From Candidatus Woesearchaeota archaeon (GTDB lineage: Archaea > Nanobdellota > Nanobdellia > Woesearchaeales > GW2011-AR9): a stretch of DNA of 64,000 nucleotides. Below, in pieces: positions 58,095 through 64,000 of this stretch. A program made the position numbers and the translations under genes. The DNA lies in NCBI GenBank assembly GCA_018696595.1, contig JABHQW010000008.1, positions 224,001-288,000 on the forward strand. The letters run 5' to 3'. Below the pieces are notes generated by a model. The model ran no database searches. It was not told the origin of the DNA and saw only the letters and a list, made by a program, of their open reading frames with translations. The stretch's first letter is position 1. Each line of letters begins with the position of its first letter.

Positions 58095-58877
58095 ATGGGG
58101 GTGGAAATTAAAATGGTAAATTTATTATTGTTTGGGTTATTGAATCCAATTGTTATTGCCGTAATCTTAATCGTTCTGGCAAGTTTGAAAGTTGTTAAAG
58201 AATACGAACGGGGAGTTCGATTTACATTAGGAAAATATACGGGGATGATGAAACCAGGATTAAGAATGGTTATTCCAGTAATTCAAAGTTGGGAAAGAGT
58301 TGATTTGAGAGTGAAAGCTGTTGACGTTCCTGATCAAGATTGTATTACTAAAGACAATGTTTCTGTAAGGGTTAATGCAGTTTTATACTTTAAAGTAGCC
58401 GAAGCAGAGAAAGCAATCATCGGAGTAGAAAATTACTTTTATGCAACATCTCAGTTATCACAAACTACTATGCGAGATATTGTGGGGGAAGTTACTTTGG
58501 ATGAACTTTTAAGAGAAAGAGATGAAATCTCAAAGAAGATAAAAATGATTGTTGACAAAGCAACTGATCCTTGGGGAATTAAAGTTGAGTCAGTAGATTT
58601 GAAACATGTAGAACTTCCAGATAACATGAAAAGAACTATGGCTAAGGAAGCCGAATCTGAGCGAGAAAAGCGAGCAGTAATCATTAAAGCAGAGGGAGAA
58701 GTTATGGCTGCTAATAATATGTCTAAAGCCGCTACAATGCTTGCAAAGGCGCCTGGTGCTTTACATCTGAGAACTTTACAGAGTATTAACGACATGAGTT
58801 CAGATCAAAGTAACACGATTGTCTTTGCTGTACCTTTAGAAATCTTGAAATCATTCGAAGGGTTCGCTAAGAAATAA
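58095..58877 (+). CDS. SPFH/band 7 (stomatin-like) protein
   Basis: KEYERGVRFTLG, TKDNVSVRVNAV, WGIKVESV, AESEREKRA. Confidence 0.92.
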   Translation: MGVEIKMVNLLLFGLLNPIVIAVILIVLASLKVVKEYERGVRFTLGKYTGMMKPGLRMVIPVIQSWERVDLRVKAVDVPDQDCITKDNVSVRVNAVLYFKVAEAEKAIIGVENYFYATSQLSQTTMRDIVGEVTLDELLRERDEISKKIKMIVDKATDPWGIKVESVDLKHVELPDNMKRTMAKEAESEREKRAVIIKAEGEVMAANNMSKAATMLAKAPGALHLRTLQSINDMSSDQSNTIVFAVPLEILKSFEGFAKK

Positions 58878-58920
58878 TTTTTTTTATTTTATTTTTTCTT
58901 TTTTATTTTTTTAAGAAAGT

Positions 58921-60012
58921 TCAAAATTCTAGGAGTATTTTTTTATTCTTCAAATCAATCCCTTTGATCTTCTTAACTTTTTTCAACTCGCTTTCAATCT
59001 CTTTCCAATCTTTACCTTCTTTTCTTGCAGATTTAACAAAATCAATAATCTTTTGTAAGGGTTGGTAGTTCTCATAAACAGTCTCTCCCTTTTGGGTATT
59101 TAATACAATCTTATCTTCTTGTTTCTTAATCGATTTTTTCTGGTTAGAAATTATTCCTTTAGCCGAAATTATTCTTTGTTCATAGGGAGATATAATCTCA
59201 AACGGATTAAGAATATTGATTGCTTCATTATACGTTTCAGTTTTCTTTACTACTTTCTCCTCATTAGTTAATTCAAAAGGGGTTATCTGATTTTCATAAA
59301 TAAATCCAGAAGGTTTCTCAATAACTTTCAATAATGTTTTAATCCCTTTAATAATTTCTTTAATCTCTTTTTCAGTAACATCATTTTGTAATTTGTCTTT
59401 ATCAACATCAGCTAATCTACAAATCTCTTCTGCATATAATCCACCAAATCCCACTTCTGTAGCAATTGAAGTAGCCAAATTCTTTTTATCACTCTTTTTC
59501 AAAACAGTAGTTAACTCTTTCTCATTCAACTTTTTCCAATCAATTCCTGGCGTAGGAAAAACATACTTCTCTTTCACTCTGATATTACGATCTTTCCATT
59601 TCTTTTGTTCAAGGGCAGCAATAATCATATCTTTAGAGTCAGTCAAAATCAAATTTCCACGAGAGAACAATTCAATAATTAGATAATACTTCTCCTTTTT
59701 TTCAATTTCAAAAACAATAATTCTTTCAGCGCCTTTTTGTTCAATCTTTCTAATAGAAGCGTTATCCAAATATTTCCTTAATTGCATACAGAATGAAGAT
59801 GGTTTTAGGGGGGTATCTTTCCGCGAAGTCAAACAAAGAAATTTTCCAGGAACAATTTTCAATAATTGTTTGCCTTCGCCTTTAGCATGTAACTGAAATA
59901 ATAGCTCCATCTTTTCCTGGTGGTAAACTTGCGATATTCTTCCATCTACTAAGAACTGTAATTCGTTAATAATCGCTGCTAGTTCAAGTGAAGCTAATCC
60001 TTTTTTGTTCAT
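58921..60012 (-). CDS. NFACT-N (Rqc2/RqcH-like) protein lacking C-terminal NFACT-R/C domains
   Basis: FCMQLRKYL, ERII, IELFSRGNLILTD, GFGGLYAEEIC. Confidence 0.8.
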   Translation of the reverse strand: MNKKGLASLELAAIINELQFLVDGRISQVYHQEKMELLFQLHAKGEGKQLLKIVPGKFLCLTSRKDTPLKPSSFCMQLRKYLDNASIRKIEQKGAERIIVFEIEKKEKYYLIIELFSRGNLILTDSKDMIIAALEQKKWKDRNIRVKEKYVFPTPGIDWKKLNEKELTTVLKKSDKKNLATSIATEVGFGGLYAEEICRLADVDKDKLQNDVTEKEIKEIIKGIKTLLKVIEKPSGFIYENQITPFELTNEEKVVKKTETYNEAINILNPFEIISPYEQRIISAKGIISNQKKSIKKQEDKIVLNTQKGETVYENYQPLQKIIDFVKSARKEGKDWKEIESELKKVKKIKGIDLKNKKILLEF

Positions 60013-60058
60013 AGTGTTAAGAAATCGTCTGTTTATATAAAAATATTCTTTTCTATAG

Positions 60059-60232
60059 CTTCATCCAGAATAATAACATTTTGTATACTGCCTGCAATAG
60101 GCGCATTTTTGGAGTAGGGCACGGCACCTTAGATTTTACTCATAAAATTCGTAAAATGTGCCTCCATTGGCGCCACTCCAAAAATCCACGCGCCGGCACG
60201 CAGTATACAAATTCATTTTATTCTAGATGAAG
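60059..60232. repeat. Long multi-helix imperfect hairpin D
   Basis: CTTCATCCAGAATAA/TTATTCTAGATGAAG, TTTGTATACTG/CAGTATACAAA, GGCGC/GCGCC, ATTTTTGGAGT/ACTCCAAAAAT, GGCAC/GTGCC, ATTTTAC/GTAAAAT. Confidence 0.75.
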
Positions 60233-60243
60233 TTCTTTTCTAT

Positions 60244-62865
60244 CTATTCAATCTCAAATCGAAGTATAGCAGCAATGCCGCCTAAATCTCTAAGTTGTGC
60301 CCCTTCTCTAGTTTCTGTAGAAATAATCCTAACTTCTGCACCACCTGCTTGTGCCTTCTCTTCCAAATCAAAAATCTTATTTTCAGGAATACTCTCTGAA
60401 ATTAGTAAAATGTCAACTGCGGCCATTTCTAAAGCTTTCAATGTTTCTTTCTCCCCATAAGTTGCTTTTTTGGGCGTATCTCTAAGAGTGCCTAAGAATT
60501 GTTGCATAATTTTTTTCTCGTGAGCAATTTCTTCTTCTGATAAAAGGTCTTCAGATTTTTCTAATAATTCTTGCAATCCAAAATCTCCGGTATACGATAA
60601 ATCTTTAGTACCAATAATTTTTTTCTTTACATCTCCAGTAATATAATCTTTATTCATAAAATCGTTAATCGTAACACCGGGGCCACCAATAATAATGCCT
60701 TTCAAATCTTTTCCAAGAGGTAAGAATTGATCTTTCATATATTCTGCAATTTTTTTAAAATGATCTTTAGCAGCACCTTCTCTTAGACGAGCGAATCTTT
60801 GAGCAGAATTATGAACTATTAATCCATTTGCTATGAAGTTTTGATTGCCAACAGAAATGTCAATCATTTCAGTTTCTTCATTTCTTTTTTCAATATTAGC
60901 AATCTTAACCGGCAAAATGGGGCTATTATAAACTTCTTCTAATTGTGTATATAATTTCTTATCTTTAACACAAGACAAGATAGAACTCTTAAATGTTTGT
61001 TTACTCATCATTCTCTCATTTCTAAAGAAGTTTGTTACTTTTGGAAATTGGTTTGTGTTGTAACCAGCGTTTTCAATTATCTTTCTGATTTTCGAACCAG
61101 AAGCAATAATTTGTCTGACATTACTCTTATTTGATCTTAAATCAATACTCTTTTCTAATTTTTGTGATTTTTTATTACAAGTAAATCCAATTTGTTCTTT
61201 AAATAATTCTAAAGATTTCTTTTCTGTAATGTCAATTGTAAAGCGAGGATTATCACTTAGTGGATTTCTTCTATTGTCATATTCATGTAAAGAAGAAATG
61301 ATTCCAAATCTTAACAAAGCCATTTGTATTTGTTGTGCCAATATTTTGTTATTTATTCCAAATGCAGCCTGTTTTCTTTGAGAAACATAACCTTCTGCAT
61401 CAAAAAATCCTTTCACAAAACTTGCAAGAATTTTATTTGGAGAATTTAATATTTTTTCGGGAATTAAAGAATCTCTTGCTTTTTTTATTTCTGGAAATTC
61501 TGTTTGAATTAATCTAACTAATGGTCTACTTGTAAATCTTAACTGGTGGTAATTCTTACTTTCTCTAAATTTATAACTACAATTCAGATCAAAGTGTTGA
61601 TCAAACAATTCTTTATAATGTAAAGCAAGATCTTTACTTTGTTCAAAGAAAGTAATTCTATCTTTTTCTATACAACCATCACCCATTAGATAACCTAAAA
61701 ATTGAGCGAGATTTGCTTCAAGAAGAACCGGCAATTTGATGTTTTTGTATAGTTCAGGAGTAGTATAGTTATTTAGGAAATCATAAAAATCAATTTCTAA
61801 GGCCGCACAAAGCTTTTGCAAAGGAATTCTTCCAATATTTCTTTTTCCTTTTTCGTAAGTTGATATTGCTGTTTGGGTAAGCCCAGTAAGTTTTGCAACA
61901 TCTCTCTGAAATAAACTTTTTTCTTCTCGTTTTCTCTTGATTTGGTTTTGTCCTTCTTTATTTATTTTGAAAGAATTATAATATTGAACTGCTTTGATGG
62001 TTTGAAGTTTACCTTCTACTTCTATTTTTTCAGGCATAATTAGAAAATCTCCTTCTTGAAGTTCTTCAGCGGCTTTTTCTTTGATTCCATTCTCAGTTTT
62101 CACAAAGAAAATATGGTCTTTAGAAGATTCTACTTGTAGTCTTGGATATTTTGTTGTGATCTTGTAAACTTCATGTTTTTTGGCATTCCATTTATCTGTA
62201 ATTGGTGAATCTTTAATTGAGTGACTTTCCATAACCATACTCTTGAGCACAATTGGGTTATGGGAATTTTCAATTTTTAAGATGTCTCCCTGAGTGGATT
62301 GAATTAATGTTCCTTTCATACAACATTGTCCACCTGCTTTAGTTTTTCCAGGAACTTCCGAATGTGTTTTTTGCATTGGGACAATAGATTTTCCTTTCAA
62401 CAGAGCAATGGTTGCATCCCTTCTATCCATAACAACAAGACCATAAACTTCTTTGTTAACCATCATTTCTTCTAATAAATCAGTTACAAAGTTTTTATCA
62501 CAACGATAAATACGTGTGTTTAATTGGATTGGTGGTTCAATACTCCAAACTCGAACATCTTGTTTACCTTCTCCTGCGGCAACGTTTCCAGAAAAAACCG
62601 CAAAACCATTTTCTGGTGTGTTACCAATAGTTCTTAAATGTTGAATCATTTTTTCCAAAGCATTCTGGACATTCTTTCTAGTAGCAGCAGATTTAATGTT
62701 TGAAGCGGTTCCTTGCTCTTCTGCTAGATGTTGAATAATTTTTGTCATATCATAACCAGAAGGGATGTAAACTGTAACAAACTCTGTATGTGGAGCCTTA
62801 TGGCTACGTAACTCACTTACTATTTTTTTCAGTTTCAGTTTCTCTTGTGCGGTTATCGCTGCCAT
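60244..62865 (-). CDS. prf1: Peptide chain release factor aRF1 containing an intein
   Basis: TASNIKS, YRCD..F, GGQ then SAQRFARLRE after intein removal; spliced product 367 aa. Confidence 0.95.
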   Translation of the reverse strand: MAAITAQEKLKLKKIVSELRSHKAPHTEFVTVYIPSGYDMTKIIQHLAEEQGTASNIKSAATRKNVQNALEKMIQHLRTIGNTPENGFAVFSGNVAAGEGKQDVRVWSIEPPIQLNTRIYRCDKNFVTDLLEEMMVNKEVYGLVVMDRRDATIALLKGKSIVPMQKTHSEVPGKTKAGGQCCMKGTLIQSTQGDILKIENSHNPIVLKSMVMESHSIKDSPITDKWNAKKHEVYKITTKYPRLQVESSKDHIFFVKTENGIKEKAAEELQEGDFLIMPEKIEVEGKLQTIKAVQYYNSFKINKEGQNQIKRKREEKSLFQRDVAKLTGLTQTAISTYEKGKRNIGRIPLQKLCAALEIDFYDFLNNYTTPELYKNIKLPVLLEANLAQFLGYLMGDGCIEKDRITFFEQSKDLALHYKELFDQHFDLNCSYKFRESKNYHQLRFTSRPLVRLIQTEFPEIKKARDSLIPEKILNSPNKILASFVKGFFDAEGYVSQRKQAAFGINNKILAQQIQMALLRFGIISSLHEYDNRRNPLSDNPRFTIDITEKKSLELFKEQIGFTCNKKSQKLEKSIDLRSNKSNVRQIIASGSKIRKIIENAGYNTNQFPKVTNFFRNERMMSKQTFKSSILSCVKDKKLYTQLEEVYNSPILPVKIANIEKRNEETEMIDISVGNQNFIANGLIVHNSAQRFARLREGAAKDHFKKIAEYMKDQFLPLGKDLKGIIIGGPGVTINDFMNKDYITGDVKKKIIGTKDLSYTGDFGLQELLEKSEDLLSEEEIAHEKKIMQQFLGTLRDTPKKATYGEKETLKALEMAAVDILLISESIPENKIFDLEEKAQAGGAEVRIISTETREGAQLRDLGGIAAILRFEIE
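60808..62325 (-). mobile_element. Intein (506 aa) with XRE-type HTH and LAGLIDADG homing endonuclease
   Basis: Starts C-CMKGTLI, ends FIANGLIVHN before Ser+1; LGYLMGDG and FVKGFFDAEG; HTH QRDVAKLTGLTQTAISTYEKGKR. Confidence 0.93.
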
Positions 62866-62889
62866 GTTTATGTTAGAAATGGAGTGTGT

Positions 62890-63360
62890 TTATAAGAATT
62901 TTGCAATCTTTTTAATTAACTCTCCCTTGCCAAACCTTTTACCAGTATCAATCGTAATAATCTTGTGTTTTCTTTCTTTAGATTCATTTAAACAGATTTG
63001 AAAAATCTCTGCATCTAAGTTCTCACGAACCTTTTTCTTAGAATATTTTCTGTCTTGCAATCTTTTCTCAAGTTTTTTCAAATCAGAACAAGTTAAAACA
63101 ATACATAAATCTACTTTCTTCAACAAATGAGAAATGTGAGAATCAACAATAAGATTCTCTCCTTTAGACTTCTCTTTAACTAACTTCTCCAACTTTTTCA
63201 AATCAATGTCATAACATTGTTTACTTCTATCGTAACCAGTAGAAATTTGTTTGTAATAATGGTGTAAGTCTAATCTAGCAAATTTTAACTTTTTCTCTAA
63301 GTATTTCGTAAGTGTGGATTTGCCAGTACCAGGCGTTCCAGTGATTGCAATAACTTTCAT
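62890..63360 (-). CDS. AK6/Fap7-type nucleotide kinase
   Basis: ITGTPGTGKST, DSHISH, L..RL..R.YSKKKVREN.DAEI. Confidence 0.88.
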   Translation of the reverse strand: MKVIAITGTPGTGKSTLTKYLEKKLKFARLDLHHYYKQISTGYDRSKQCYDIDLKKLEKLVKEKSKGENLIVDSHISHLLKKVDLCIVLTCSDLKKLEKRLQDRKYSKKKVRENLDAEIFQICLNESKERKHKIITIDTGKRFGKGELIKKIAKFL

Positions 63361-63400
63361 AGACATAATAAAACTAAAGAAGAATATAAATGTTTAGTTA

Positions 63401-64000
63401 TCAAGCATCTTTCTTATTCTTTTTATCTTTCTGTACATGAGCTCGATGATGGTGCCTCATAAAGCGGTTAACCAAATGCTTATGCAAGATTGATTCCACA
63501 ATCATGATAACAATAAATAGAACTAAAGCATATCCAATTAAGATTACTAAATCTAACCAAACATCTCCTAAAGAACCATGAAAGATAAATACTTCTCTAA
63601 CTAATTTTTCACCAATTACAAACGGATTAAAATAAGTTATTTGTCTTAACCAAGAAGCAATTCCTTCTAACGGAAAAATTGTTCCTGAGAAGAATAATAA
63701 AATACTTCCTAAAGAGATTGATGCAAGCACAGCAGTTTCTTCAGAGTTAAAGATATAACCAATAACCATGCCTAAGAATGTAAACACAGATGCTACAATG
63801 AACAAGACTAATGCCACTGCTGGTAAGTCTGGCCAAGAATCTTTTAAGAAAATCATTGAAATGCCTAAAATAACGACTATTTGAACAAGAATCAAAACTA
63901 AGTTTGTTAAGTATGTTGAAATCACAAAAGTTGCTTTCTTAATTGGTAAGAAAAAGTTACGTAAAAATGCTGGACTAGTTTTTTCCATCATTACTAATGT
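63401..64000 (-). CDS. ABC-2 type transporter permease (5' end probably beyond the window)
   Basis: TM segments, SGTIFPLE, FNPF; frame open to the window edge. Confidence 0.8.
   Translation of the reverse strand, partial: TLVMMEKTSPAFLRNFFLPIKKATFVISTYLTNLVLILVQIVVILGISMIFLKDSWPDLPAVALVLFIVASVFTFLGMVIGYIFNSEETAVLASISLGSILLFFSGTIFPLEGIASWLRQITYFNPFVIGEKLVREVFIFHGSLGDVWLDLVILIGYALVLFIVIMIVESILHKHLVNRFMRHHHRAHVQKDKKNKKDA

Noticed and set aside
1685-61517. Numerous short antisense or overlapping ORFs in the track (e.g. 1685, 3546, 7892, 14075, 18834, 20755, 37479, 51187, 55082, 58451)
   Set aside because: Shadow frames of well-supported genes, with no motifs or start signals

Overview
AT-rich archaeal chromosomal DNA, most likely DPANN (Woesearchaeota-like). 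The archaeal markers are PCNA, aRF1, L37Ae, Rpo12, prefoldin beta, Dph6 and Hef, alongside bacterial-type GyrA, AhpC and SOD. The window has about 80 CDS, two tRNAs (Pro-TGG, Leu-CAA), no rRNA and no CRISPR. Gene blocks: housekeeping/translation genes, an oxidative-stress operon, a copper/disulfide operon, a surface-protein cluster, a tyrosine recombinase, a two-component/KaiC-like block and two TA pairs. Main observations: (1) a 506-aa LAGLIDADG intein with an extra XRE-type HTH inserted exactly after the catalytic GGQ of aRF1; (2) an unannotated ~190-nt candidate ncRNA (57838-58026) made of two 65-nt units, each foldable into a UUCG-capped rod with tandem G.A loops, with its own TATA box and T-tract; (3) two long intergenic hairpins 17.7 kb apart that share an 18/19-identical GC-rich apical motif, plus two more hairpins in the same context; (4) a ~6.5-kb block bounded by two junctions that appear to truncate four genes (rearrangement or misassembly); (5) CxxC microproteins in the AhpC-SOD operon and a P-loop kinase-CYTH fusion. 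All family assignments come from motif recognition by eye; no database searches or folding programs were run.
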